This document shows, piece after piece, positions 26,300-39,825 of a DNA stretch of 64,000 nucleotides. The notes below the pieces were generated by a model. The model was not told the DNA's origin. It made no database searches and worked only from the letters and a program-made list of their open reading frames with translations. Positions within the stretch are counted from its first letter, which is position 1. Each line of letters begins with the position of its first letter. The DNA comes from Octopus vulgaris (taxonomy: Eukaryota), in NCBI GenBank assembly GCA_951406725.2, contig OX597819.1, positions 119,040,001 to 119,104,000 of the forward strand. The letters run 5' to 3'. The translations under genes were made by a program, and so were the position numbers.

Positions 26300-28377
26300 C
26301 GTGTGTGTGTCTGTAAATATATGCGTGGGGGGTACATTTACACACACAACGTAACACATATATACACACATGATTAACTGTGTAATTTTATGTGCAGATG
26401 TGTGTGCGTGTATATGTATGACTTTTTATTTACTTGGATAGATATGTTCTGAGAAAATTATATTTTCGAAACCCACTGTAAAGGCTAATAGTAAATAATG
26501 ATTGTTTATTTTGCTTTCTTTGTCATATTTTATTTATGCCTCACTCCGTACTTTCCTGAATTTTTACCTCACTATCATGTTTACAGTTTATTTCTCTCTA
26601 TACAATTCAAGTATATGGATTAAGTTTCCCTTTACATCTTGATATATAGGTCTTGCAGACACGACCCTATACAGAATAACTTAATATTTCTACCGTGACA
26701 TTGATATATTCATTAACACCAAATTCAGCTAGAAAAAATATCCTTTTTAAATATAATGTGCAATATAAACAATAAAGATTGTGATAATATAATGCAAATA
26801 CAGTCTGAACAATTTTACGTATACATGAATAATTCGTCTGGCAAATATTTCGTATGAAATTATACCGTTAAATTTCGAACATTAGAAAAGATTAATTAAG
26901 ATAAACCAGGGATTATTTCTACAAGAGATAACATATGCAACGTAATTCATATTGCAGGATGCCTAGATATATCAATTTGATGCAAGTTTATATTCGGTGC
27001 TAAGTGAAAAAAGAATTCTTAATCTTTGGACAGGCTTCAACCGAAGTGAATTCATATGTATGGATTATGCAGCCGTGTTTTCGTTATTTTTATATTCATC
27101 AAATCTCCTCCTCTTTAGTTTGCGAAAGCTCACCCGTGAAAAATCAATAGCAAACTCTTTGATTAAAGAACGCCTGAGAGAAATGAAGTTTTTCTTAACG
27201 TGTGGGTGTGTGTGTGTGTGTGTGTGTGAGCGAGCGCATATCTGTAAGTATGTAAGTAAGTTTATTTCTTCATTTTTAGTATGTACCAGAATATTGGCAA
27301 ATGACTAATCTATTCGGTGTTGGATTTCTCCTTTCCGCAGGATGCAGTGCGTTCATAACACGCAGCATTCAGAAGGCGAATGCGGCTTCGAGCCACTTGG
27401 CGTTTCAACACTTTTGTATCTCCTCAAGGAAATCTACCCCGGAGAAATTAATCCACAAATAACGTATTGCTCATGATTACCATCCCATAATATATTGTCA
27501 AGTTCAAGTAATGGAGCAGAAATCTGGATTTTCGCAGTGTCAGTAGGCAGATATTTGTTGAGAGGAAAAGTTGAAAATTCATTTAAAGGCGATAAAAAAA
27601 TTCAGAAACAAAGCTTACTGTTCGACCATATAATACACCGCATCAAAACCTCCTCGCCATCATATTTCAATTTGTACTATTTGGTCTGTTATTTGGAAGG
27701 CTATTCTCACACGGACATAAATAGAGAAATACTCTGAATTTACAATTATTAAAACCATGCTGAAGTAACAAATTGATTTCCGGCTTATAAATCATATACA
27801 TGAATGAATGAATCAGTCGATTAATTATTTTCATTGGCAAGGTGACCAGCTGGCAGAAACGCTAGCATGCCGGGCGAAATGTTTAGCATTATTTCATCTG
27901 TCTTTATGTTCTGAGTTCAAATTCCGCCGAGATCGACTTTGGCTTCCATCAATTCGGAATCAATAGATTAAGTACCAGTTGTGCACTGGATTCTATCTAA
28001 TCGACTGGCGCCCTCAGCAAAACATTTGGCCCTTTTGCCTAGAGTAGCAAATAATAATTCTCATGGGCAGATCTTTGGTAATACGTACACTGCAGAATTT
28101 CAGTTAATCAGCCAAATGCGACTTTATTCATGGCAGTTTAATTTTAAATTTCTTTAAACGTTGCACATTGGTGTAAATTTTGATATAAGCAGCATCATTA
28201 TACTCTGATAATATTTTAAAATGTTATAATGGCGCGAATTACGTCTACTATTTATGACAATCATATTTTTACCTACAATAGTGAAATCTGTATTTTAGAA
28301 TCTCCAAGGCTTTTCCGTAATATTTCCTGTTCCCACACTGAAGAGTCTTTGAAAACGGTCTGTAGATAATTCTCTTA

Positions 28378-28757
28378 TACCTTTACTTGTTTCAGTCATT
28401 TGACTGCGGCCATGCTGGAGCACCGCCTTTAGTCGAACAAATCGACACTGAGACTTATTCTTTGTAAGCCCAGTACTTATTCTATCGGTCTCTTTTGCCG
28501 AACCGCTAAGTGACGGGGAATTAAACACACCAGCATCGGTTGTCAAGCAATGCTAGGGGGACAAACACACACACATACACATATATATATACATATATAC
28601 GACAGGCTTCTTTCAGTTTCCGTCTACCAAATCCACTCACAAGCCATTGGTCGACCCGGGGCTATAGCAGAATACACTTGACCAAGATGCCACGCAGTGG
28701 GACTGAACCCGGAACCATGTGGTTGGTTAGCAAGCTATTTACCACACAGCCACTCCA
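28378..28757 (-). mobile_element. SINE (same family as 22897)
   Basis: Very similar to 44578-44998 and reverse complement of 61651-62045. Confidence 0.9.
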
Positions 28758-29301
28758 TTTGTAGAGAAAAAACAAACATTTGAGTTAATATCATAATTTG
28801 GGGATAGGAATAGGCAAGGAATCATATTTTAAAGATAATTCAAGGACACTTAATTGCCGATACGTTAATATGTCACTTATTTAACGAATTATTCGTCAAG
28901 CAGTGAGAAAGATGCGATATATAGCCATAACAAGAATATGGTCCGCTGTTTGTTTCCTTGTAAGCTCGGAAAATGCATGTAGAATTCAAACAAGCATACC
29001 ATTTAAGTTGCAATATTCATGCATTGGACTCAAATACGCTTCTCGATAAGGTATAAATTTATGCAAGCAAATCATGTTGAATTCTAAACAACAATATACA
29101 TGTAGAATCATCTATAGTTACTCAGACGACCTGATATACGTAGATATGAAGAAATTTACAAGTACAATGATAAGGCCTATTATTTAGCAATTATTAAATG
29201 ATCTCCAAAAATTTTGGTTTCCCTATCACAATTAGTGCTTTCCAGTTATCTCTCACTCTCTATTTCTCCATCCTGTATATATATATATATATATATATAC
29301 G

Positions 29302-29640
29302 ATTGCCGCGTGGAAAGTGTTTGTAAACCATTTAAGAAACACACAAAAGCTGTTCGATTCAATTCAACATTTAAGTTTAATTTGTCAATATGTTTTTGTC
29401 GCTTTAAGACCGCGACCTGTTCACTGACAAAACTCCGTGCTGCGGGATTTTTGTCAGTGACCAGGTCGCGGTCTTAAAGCGACGAAAACAATTTGACAAA
29501 TTAAACTTAAATGTTGAAGTGAATCGAACGGCTTTTGTGTGTTTCTTAAATAGATTACAAACACCTTCCACGCGGCAATTGTTTTCGTTCCAGCACACGA
29601 TCTCAGATCAAATCACTTGCTATGCAAGTATATCTCCGTA
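29302..29640. mobile_element. Palindromic non-coding element between (TA)n tracts with variant hammerhead arms
   Basis: Arms 29302-~29432 and ~29448-29579 are inverted copies; the right arm extends to ~29640. Second copy at 55806-56129. Confidence 0.85.
29450..29500 (+). ncRNA. Hammerhead-like fold with G3-C8 core (GUGACCA)
   Basis: TTTGTCA GTGACCA G GTCGC-loop-GCGAC GAAA ACAA TT TGACAAA: 7-bp stem I, 5-bp stem II, GAAA in canonical register. Confidence 0.62.
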
Positions 29641-29729
<89 letters not shown>

Positions 29730-30110
29730 ATGAGATTTAAGAAACAACTATACTTCATAGGGAAATCTGTTTACCAAAGTAAGGCGGCAATCCTGCGTCG
29801 GGCTCTTACTGTTTACTCGGGTATAACAGATCATGAATGGAAAAATTGAGGCCATCTCCCCCTGTGAGATGAAGTTAAAATAATAGACAGAGAATAACAC
29901 TGGAAAATACAAAAACTAAAAGACGCAGCACATATGATAGGGCACAATAACCTCCTAAGCAGACCTGGTGCAGTTATGAGTAGAATATGAAAACTGGTAT
30001 TAAGTTACAGGGACGCAAGCATACCAAAACGGTTGTCAAACGATGGTGGCGGGGGGGGACAAAAACATACACACACACACACACATATATATATATAAAT
30101 ATATATATAT

Positions 30111-30331
30111 GTGACGTATATTTGCCATTTGATTATGGCTAACCCCTTAGGGTGGATGCTACTGTAGTTTGTAGCCCCAGGAGGACACCTCCTCCAGCTG
30201 GCTATAGACACACTTTCTGTGCCCTATCAGTGTGTCTATAGCAGCTGGAGGAGGTGTCCTCCTGGGGCTACAAACTACAGTAGCATCCACCATTGGGGGT
30301 TAGCCATATTCAAATGGCAAATATACGTCAC
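30111..30331. mobile_element. ~220-bp foldback/MITE-like palindrome
   Basis: GTGACGTATATTTGCCATTTG...CAAATGGCAAATATACGTCAC; ~100-bp nearly perfect arms around a short spacer. Confidence 0.85.
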
Positions 30332-30378
30332 GATGTGTTACTGCTACTGTTTATAACTCGCTCTGAGATTTATCATTG

Positions 30379-30441
<63 letters not shown>

Positions 30442-30442
<1 letters not shown>

Positions 30443-31477
30443 TAGCAATAAAGGTCCATCGTTGCGGGGTCATAGTGCTAGTGCATGTATATACGTGTAT
30501 ATATATATGTGTACATATTACATGTACATCTATATATATACAACTGCACATAAAATACAAAATACGAAGTTATATCTTGATATCGCTAGTGATAACAATA
30601 CTCAAAATATATAACAGACTGGAATTGTTAGCCCGTCTCTTGTAATTTCGATCAATTGTACCTTGTCTTCCCTCTTGTATAGAAGTGTGGCTACAATCCA
30701 GCATACCTCTACTTCTGGGGGGGGGGGGGATGATTTTTAATTTTTTTCCGGACGTCCTACGTCCCAGATATAAAGGTAAAAATAAAATATTTCCACTTTG
30801 CAAATTCGAGTCGAGTACTCCCATGCACGCACCGTTGACTCGAAACTTGCTTCTATTGTGGCGAATTTACCGCCTATGATTAGATACCTTTCATAGTCGC
30901 ACCAAGACACTTTTCCAAGGTGCTTTCCTCCATGTGTTCAAATCTTCTTTTTCTCTACATTGTATACTTTATAGACAATAGTCTTTACTTTAATTTAATT
31001 TTTTATTATCCATCTGGACTATTCCATTTCTGCACGCTAATTTTATTTTTAAGTTATTCCCATTCATGTGAAACCACTTATTCAAGTTCTAGTCATTGAT
31101 CCAATTTTATACCAATTGCTATTTTTACTTTTGTTATGTTACGATTATATTATACTTTAGTTTGATTTTAATTATTACACACTATATATAATTCAATTGT
31201 TATTATTTTTATTGTTAAAGTGAAAGTATCTGACATAAAATAGAGAAGCGTTTTTGTTTCACTATTAACACGTAATACTGAAATAGTGGAGAAGATATGA
31301 TATTTCTATGTGCTCGCTCTAGACAAGAAGTTGAACATTTTTGTTTGCCGATGACACGCCCTGGACCATAAGTAAGGCATGTGTAAAATTTGAATGAAAT
31401 TCGTTGTGTAGTTCTCAAGTTTTAGGGAGACACACAGAGACAGACATACACACATTCTCAGTTTTATATATATAAAG

Positions 31478-31478
<1 letters not shown>
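30442..31478 (-). mobile_element. Non-autonomous Helitron-like element
   Basis: Minus strand starts TCTTTATATATATAAAACTGAGAATGTGTG and ends CCCCGCAACGATGGAC...TTGCTAG; both ends lie in TA tracts. Confidence 0.65.
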
Positions 31479-31508
<30 letters not shown>

Positions 31509-31793
31509 TACGACAGTCTTCTTTCAGTTTCCTCTCACCAAATCCACTCACCAGTCTTTGGTCGGCCCAAGGCTATGGTGGAAGAAATAATCTGAAGGTG
31601 TCACGCAGTCGGACTGAACCTGGAAGTATGTGGTAGGAAAGCAGGCACCTTACCACGCAGCAACGCTGGATGTTTATATATATATATACATATGCTAACA
31701 CACATATATGCATATAGACAGTTTTAAATATATATAACATATATGCTTAGATATATACACATATATATTTTTATACACAGTCATATATATACG

Positions 31794-31824
<31 letters not shown>

Positions 31825-32762
31825 ATATGTATACATACATGTGAAAGAAATTCAGGATAAGATAAATGTTTCACGTGAACTAAAGTATTTAAAAATTCCA
31901 TATATAATATCTAAAAGAATATCAATATCCCAACTGTATACATCAACAACACAATAATATGTAACAGAACTGCATTAAAAATATTTTCACACAGAATAAC
32001 AAGCTCTAAGGTAAAAGATATTCAAATAAAACGGTCAACACAAAAGCGATCAATTAAAGATTTCATAAGCAGCCTTTGAACAATAGAAGCAACATTTTCC
32101 ACTCCATCAAACTAAACAGCGCAGAGAATGGTTTCGCATATTTCACGCATACGTACAATTAAACCAATCGCTGTCGAGTTTTTACTCTCAATTTTTGCTG
32201 TTGCTCTTTTAGACACATATTCACATTATTGAACATAGGCGAACGCAAACACACACACACGCACATATATTAATAGAATTAAAATCAATTTAGATGTATT
32301 CACACTATCTTTTTTCACTATCATTTCCAGCATTCTACAACGCTATAATCTATATATCTCTATAAGCGTCATCAGCAGCGTCAATAGGCGAAACAAGAAC
32401 AACAACAAATCGCGCACACATAACCACATGCACAGGAAAAAGCATGCATATACGCATACACACTCATGCACATACACAAACACACAAACACATATACACC
32501 CAAATACATATATACACATATATGCATATATTACTGAGCTTATGCAGTCTATGTATACACGATTTTGTACGTATATTTATGTGTTTATATAGATGTATAT
32601 GTATGTGTATGTAAGTATATATACATATTTTGACGTCTATACATATATATAAATATATTTACATATACATATATATGTAAGTATATATATATATATATCT
32701 ATATATATACATACATACATACACATATACCTCTCTATAGATTTATATGTACATGTATGGAA

Positions 32763-32816
<54 letters not shown>

Positions 32817-33451
32817 GCATGTATGTATATATCACGTACAGTATTTTCCTAAATATGTAATCTTTCTATCATTATGTCTCTTTCGATATAGATTTCATTG
32901 TTGCTTTTTCACAATTTCTTTCTTTTTGCAGTTTATTCCTCTCCCTTAGTTACATGATCCTACTGCTTATTCCCAATGATTTTTATCACTTAGTATCTTA
33001 GAGTCATCTATTTGCTAAATAACGAACCGAAGCTTAAATGGAAATTCACTGTAATCACGTTACTATGGAAGGACAGTAAATAAAATTTTATAGGCTATGG
33101 ATATAACGAAAAAATTGAATTGCAGAGAAACTTTACTTAAGGCTCAAATATGGCTTCGTGGTTAGGAACTTTACTTCGCATCCACATGGTTTTTAGGTTG
33201 TAAGTACTGCCGTACACCTTAGGCATGTGTTTTCAACCATAAAACCTTCCTAGACAAGAGCTTGTTATAAACATTATAAAGTGAATCGCAATCCCGGCAC
33301 ATTATTTTCTCTCTCCTTTTTTTTTTATTCCCTTTCAATTTTCTTCCCACTCATTCATTTCTATCGAGAATCAAAGATTTTTCTATTCTTCCCGAGCAAA
33401 AAACTAATACACCTGCTTGTTGTCTTTCGTTTTCTGGGTACTAGAGGTATG

Positions 33452-33542
<91 letters not shown>

Positions 33543-34163
33543 CTTCTGTATTGACTGCTTTCCACCACTTTGATCTGTTTTTTGTATTGAATACGTATCG
33601 CCACCGTGGGCCACTGCATCGAACACTTTGAACATATAGCATGATTGAACTTACTTCAAACTATATATCAACTATACATGAACTCTAAGATGTCTGACTC
33701 CGTTGTGTATTATAAATGAATTTCTTGTGTTTGACGGCATGAGCTGTCTTTTTTTATATATAACTTTTTTTGATAAGGTTCATTTCAGGAACTGAAACAT
33801 GTTATAATGTATATATAAAAATTAAAAATTGTATAATATAGCAGCATTTTCGAACTTCATTTTTTACAAATATATACCTACTCGTATACGAGCTAATCCT
33901 ATTATAAATATAAATATATATATATATATATATAATTAATCAATATAGGGTGGCAAAAAAAAATTTTGTAGAATTATTTTGCCACCAGCGGCCTAATGGG
34001 AAAAAATTAAATAGTCATAGACCATTTTTAAGTTCAACATCAACAATCAAGGAACGGCCATAAAAGGCCATTCACCCACTAGAAATAACAGCCAAAGCTT
34101 CAACCGCAAATAAAAATTAATTCCGTAAACCAGGAGAAAATTTAAAAAAACATTTACCCTGTA

Positions 34164-34270
34164 ATTTCTTATACGATATACCGTTTCATCTGCTGATTAA
34201 TGGTAAACTAACCTGATTAAATTAAATCAAGCCAATCTTCCAAAGGCCCTCAGATTCTTCAGTAAGAAAT
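34164..34270 (-). ncRNA. Type I hammerhead ribozyme (mirror copy of 34870-34976)
   Basis: Reverse complement of the + strand motif. Confidence 0.85.
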
Positions 34271-34869
34271 AGCCCAAGTCGGAACAGATATTTTCACGAG
34301 GCATTTCCGACCTTGCCAAGGTTATATCTGACCTAAAATTTTCAAATCGTCGCACTCGCGCCAAATTTATCGGCAGCAAATAAATATAAGCCGTCGATTC
34401 CATTACGGAATTAACCAGAAAATTCATAATTAATCAATATAGGGTGGCAAAATCAATATAGGGCCTGCACTCCGTTTAAGAAATTACAGGGTAAATGTTT
34501 TTTAAATTTTCTCCTGGTTTACGGAATTAATTTTTATTTGCGGTTGAAGCTTTGGCTGTTATTTCTAGTGGGTGAATGGCCTATTATGGCCGTTCCTTGA
34601 TTGTTGATGTTGAACTTAAAAATGGTCTATGACTATTTAATGTTTTCCCATTAGGCCGCTGGTGGCAAAAGAATTCTACAAAATTTTTTTTGCCACCCTA
34701 TATTGATTAATTATGAATTTTCTGGTTAATTCCGTAATGGAATCGACGGCTTATATTTATTTGCTGCCGATAAATTTGGCGCGAGTGCGACGATTTGAAA
34801 ATTTTAGGTCAGATATAACCTTGGCAAGGTCGGAAATGCCTCGTGAAAATATCTGTTCCGACTTGGGCT

Positions 34870-34976
34870 ATTTCTTACTGAAGAATCTGAGGGCCTTTGG
34901 AAGATTGGCTTGATTTAATTTAATCAGGTTAGTTTACCATTAATCAGCAGATGAAACGGTATATCGTATAAGAAAT
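34870..34976 (+). ncRNA. Type I hammerhead ribozyme with long stem II insert; predicted cleavage after 34968
   Basis: ATTTCTTA CTGAAGA ATCTG-(58 nt)-CAGAT GAAAC GGTATATC GTA|TAAGAAAT: 8-bp stem I, canonical core, near-palindromic stem III, GUA triplet. Confidence 0.88.
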
Positions 34977-35106
34977 TACAGGGTAAATGTTTTTAAAATT
35001 TTCTCCTGGTTTACGGAATTAATTTTTATTTGCGGTTGAAGCTTTGGCTGTTATTTCTACTGGGTGAATGGCCTATTATGGCCGTTCCTTGATTGTTGAT
35101 ATATAG

Positions 35107-35167
<61 letters not shown>

Positions 35168-35168
<1 letters not shown>

Positions 35169-35372
35169 GTTGTATACTGTCAACTTAACGTGACAGTCCC
35201 GTAAATGGAATCACCTCCCCGCTATTTAACCCTAGGAGGCATCGACGCTTCCTGTCGGTTTTGACACATTTCATGTGTCCTTATATTTGGGAAGGGGAGA
35301 CAAGCAGCCCCCACTAGCTTGGGCCTGCACTCCCTTTACGGGACTGTCACGTTATGTTGACAGTATACAACC
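35168..35372. mobile_element. MITE-like element with ~38-bp terminal inverted repeats
   Basis: GGTTGTATACTGTCAACTTAACGTGACAGTCCCGTAAA ... TTTACGGGACTGTCACGTTATGTTGACAGTATACAACC (one mismatch). Confidence 0.8.
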
Positions 35373-35467
35373 AGTCTACCGCTCCACCACCGCTCATGTC
35401 TCTCTGAGACATTTAGAAATTAAATATTTCTAATATATATATATAGAGAGAGAGAGCAATATATATA

Positions 35468-35657
35468 CAAAATTAAGGGGAATGACCACTAAAGTGTACA
35501 CCTAATATGCTAAACATAGACGCCAAATTGCCACTACCAGGAAGAATGTGTTCGCAGTAACAATCTCAGGAAAACGCCAAAATGTAAAAATCAGCCAGAC
35601 AAATGACAATGTTTAGCATAATAGGTGTCCTCTGTAGTGGTGATTCATCTTAATTTT
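35468..35657. repeat. Imperfect ~50-bp inverted repeats around a ~90-bp spacer
   Basis: AAAATTAAGGGGAATGACCACT...TATGCTAAACAT versus ATGTTTAGCATA...AGTGGTGATTCATCTTAATTTT. Confidence 0.7.
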
Positions 35658-35740
35658 CTAAGTGGCGCAATTTTTAATCTTTGGATTTTTTAAATATACT
35701 AAGCGACTGGTTTTAATGGATTAATATCAATTTCTACACT

Positions 35741-36150
<410 letters not shown>

Positions 36151-36807
36151 AACATTCACACACATCTATGTATATATGTTTTAAGTTATCTGTGTCTTTC
36201 ACCGCCCGTCTGCTTCTCTATCTTATTCCTTTTTTACGCAGCAGTTATCTGGAAGGTCGTCAAAAGGGACCGAGAGCGAATGTGGTGGATGTAGAAAAAT
36301 ATATTGAAGATGATTTGCTCAACAAAAAGCATTGAAGACGGGGTCCCACCATCACCATCCCTCCAATGTCTGATACAAGTATCAATGAAATGATAAAATT
36401 TAGGGATAGATGTGTTTTCAACCATAAGACCTTCCTAGTAAAGCGCTTGTTAAAAACATTATAAAGAGAATCGCAATCCCAGCACATTATTTTCTCTCAT
36501 CTTTTCTTTTTTTATTCCCTCTCAATTTTCTTTCCACTCATCCATTTCTTTCGAGAACAGTAGGCTCAAAATATCAAAGATATCTCTATTTATGTCCGTG
36601 TGAGAATAGCCTTCCAAATAACAGAACAAATAGTTTTCATCGAAATATGATGGCAGGTCGAACATAAATGTAGAATCTTCTATAATTAAATAGCAATGTT
36701 GTGTATTTGACTGAAAAAAGGGTATGAAGGATTACTCTGCCACTCTGCTTTCTGCCCGATATACTTAGCAGCCTATATACTTTTTACATGTGTATGTGAT
36801 TGTGTGT

Positions 36808-37187
36808 GGAGGCGCAATGGCCCAGTGGTTAGGACAGCGGACTCGCGGTCATAGGATCGCGGTTTCGATTCCCAGACCGGGCGTTGTGAGTGTTTATTGA
36901 GCGAAATCACCTAAAGCTCCACGAGGCTCCGGCAGGGGATGGTGGTGATCTCTGCTGTACTCTTTCACCACAACTTTCTCTCATTCTTACCTCCTGTTTC
37001 TGTTGTACCTGTATTTCAAGGGCCCGGCCTTGTCACTCTCTGTGTTACGCTGAATATCCCCGAGAACTACGTTAAGGGTACACGTGTCTGTGGAGTGCTC
37101 AGCCACTTACACGTTAATTTCACGAGCAGGCTGTTCCGTTGATTCGGATCAACCGGAACCCTCATCGTCGTAACCGACGGAGTGCTT
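36808..37187 (+). mobile_element. tRNA-derived SINE, tail type 2
   Basis: Full-length match to 17048-17424. Confidence 0.9.
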
Positions 37188-37214
37188 CCTTATGTGATTG
37201 TGTATGCGTGTACA

Positions 37215-37246
<32 letters not shown>

Positions 37247-39002
37247 CGTCTGTGCGTGTGTGTGTGTGTGGTAATTAGTGATGTAGCATTAATATCACTT
37301 AGTGAAATCGATAGGTTATACTGAACTTGTCGTAGAGAATGTAAACTCCAACTTTCCAAAGCCTATCATTACCCAGTCTAAGTGAACCTTTCACAGTCCG
37401 CTTCAGCAGAACAAGCCCTCTCTGTCTCACTTACCAATGTGCGGTCTTTCTGCAATCCGTGGTTCTATATAAACTCCAGGAAATCGGCATCATGTGTCCA
37501 ACCGGTTTAAATGAATATTTTACCTAATTTTACATTTCCTCTTCAGTTTCTCTTTTCTTATATTTCATCTCAACTCTCCCCTTCAACTAAGTCATGCCTT
37601 TAACTAACCTCATATTTCATTCCTCCTTCCTTGTATGTCTTGGAACAAGCTTCTCTCTCCTAGTATATGTCAGCGACTCCCGTAGTAATGAGTTTCAAAT
37701 ATACTGTGCTGTCTCTTTAATTTTACACCTGTTAACACTGCGCTGAAGACAGAATGTCCGAAAAAATTAATTTTGGTATTTTCCGCAATAATTTCATCGA
37801 AGTATTTTTGTCGATTTTATTATATATAAACACACATATATAACACATATACGCGAATATATATATATATATATAACAACACTCGCGCACACACGCCCTT
37901 ACACTCACACACAAACACACAAACCCGCAGACACACAGGCAGAATCTGAGATGAAGAAGGATAGTGTTTAGATATGTTTTGAATATAAATATTTTTCTTG
38001 GAAATATATTTTGTTTTCGAGTGAAACGAAGGGGAAGAAATTGTAGTATTGTACATACACTACAATGTATCCATACTATCAAACATGCCCACTGTATTCA
38101 CTTGTGCACGCACTTATATATGCATCTCTTTGCCTACCAACGTAACTATACATTATTCTATGTAATTGCGTTTTTCTTATATTCATTACATACATTTAGT
38201 TTTGTGTGTTTCCGTATATACACTTCTATGTGTAAGTATTAGTTATTTATGAACGTGTTTGCAGTGGATATCAGATAAACAAAGAGACAAGAGCTAGATT
38301 TAAAACCAGCTAGGCAGCACTAATCTTCAAACAGATTAAGAAAATTTAAAAAATGTATGTGAAAGAGAATGTTTAAAACAGATATAAATACTACTTAGAT
38401 TGCGTACTTGTACGTTTATCGTTGCAAAAGTAAGCGAGAAGAAGAGAAATCTAAGAGAGTGTGATTTCCAAACTAACATAGAAGTAAAAGAGTCAGAGAA
38501 GGTAATAGGAAAATATCATGAAGAAATCAATGAGAGCATAGATTATATTTGTTTATTGTCGTATGCAGAATATATGAATTTAAACGAGGAAGAAAAAAAA
38601 ATGATATTATGAGGGATTTTATAATACTTTCAAGTACGTCAAACTGATTAAAATTAACCGTGATAAATGAAGCATTCAAAGCGTATGCCAGGAAATTTAT
38701 TGAAACAAATATAAAGAAATAAAGGGGAAAATCACTGACAAAGAGAGTCGGGAAAAAAAAAACGGAAGAAAATACAGATATGTGAAACAAAGAACGATTT
38801 AAGATGTTTTAAAATGAAAATAAATGATAGAAAGTCAAAATAACAAAGCTGAGGGGAAAAAAAGCAATGAGTATGTTTTAATATTACATATTTGATTTCC
38901 GTTCTTCATTTTCCATAGCAACGTCATTCAAGCAGAACAGTGAATAAATATATTCTTTTGTTTGCTATATCTAAAAAGAAATATTTGTAATGGGCAATAT
39001 AA

Positions 39003-39085
<83 letters not shown>

Positions 39086-39164
39086 TATATATATATATAT
39101 ATGTATGTATGTATGTATGAGAAAGAAAAAAGGGATACATAGAGACACATATAGAAGACAATAA

Positions 39165-39212
<48 letters not shown>

Positions 39213-39702
39213 GCACATACATATATTCACATGCTTACATACTTGCATAGATTACATGTGAATTAAATATGCGTTTGTTTTTCAGTGTGTGTATACATAC
39301 ACACACAGATACACACAAAATATCACTAGTACATGTGTGCATGCATTTAATCATATAAACATGTACACACACACATTCATATATATATATATATATATAT
39401 ATACATACACTTACATGTTTGTATGTATTAATGTATATATGGAAGTATAGGTGCAAGACTGGCTGTTTGCTAAGACGTTTGCTACGCAAGCACATGCTTC
39501 CAGATTCAGTCTCATTGCTGCGCATTTTCATCAAGAGTTTTCAACTATAACACCGTGCCGAGTAAATATTTGTGAGTAGAACTTGGTAGTTAGGCTCAAA
39601 ACGTAAAATACTTTTTTCTATTCCTGAGCGTTATACAAATACCTCTGTTTGTTTTGTACACTACCTGTCTTCGTCTTTTCTTTTTTCGTAAACTCTCGCT
39701 AT

Positions 39703-39764
<62 letters not shown>

Positions 39765-39825
39765 TTTAGAATGAGATAAAAAAAACCAAGGCCGTGAAAT
39801 ATTTAGAATATTTATAAATAGAAGG

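Larger units (their letters stand above)
33933..35100. mobile_element. Inverted pair of a ~492-nt circularly permuted hammerhead unit (retrozyme-like)
   Basis: Left arm (-) 33933-34452 repeats its end after 494 nt. Right arm (+) 34477-35100 repeats its start after 492 nt. Arms are nearly identical (identical 66-aa ORFs 34227..34427 - and 34713..34913 +). Both outer ends abut (TA)n. Confidence 0.9.

Noticed and set aside
34713-34913. Identical 66-aa ORF on both arms of the inverted pair
   Set aside because: Identity follows from the recent duplication; the ORF overlaps the ribozyme and resembles nothing I recognise.
37741-37775. CTGAAGACAGAATGTCCGAAAAAATTAATTTT
   Set aside because: The hairpin overlaps the core and there is no stem I.
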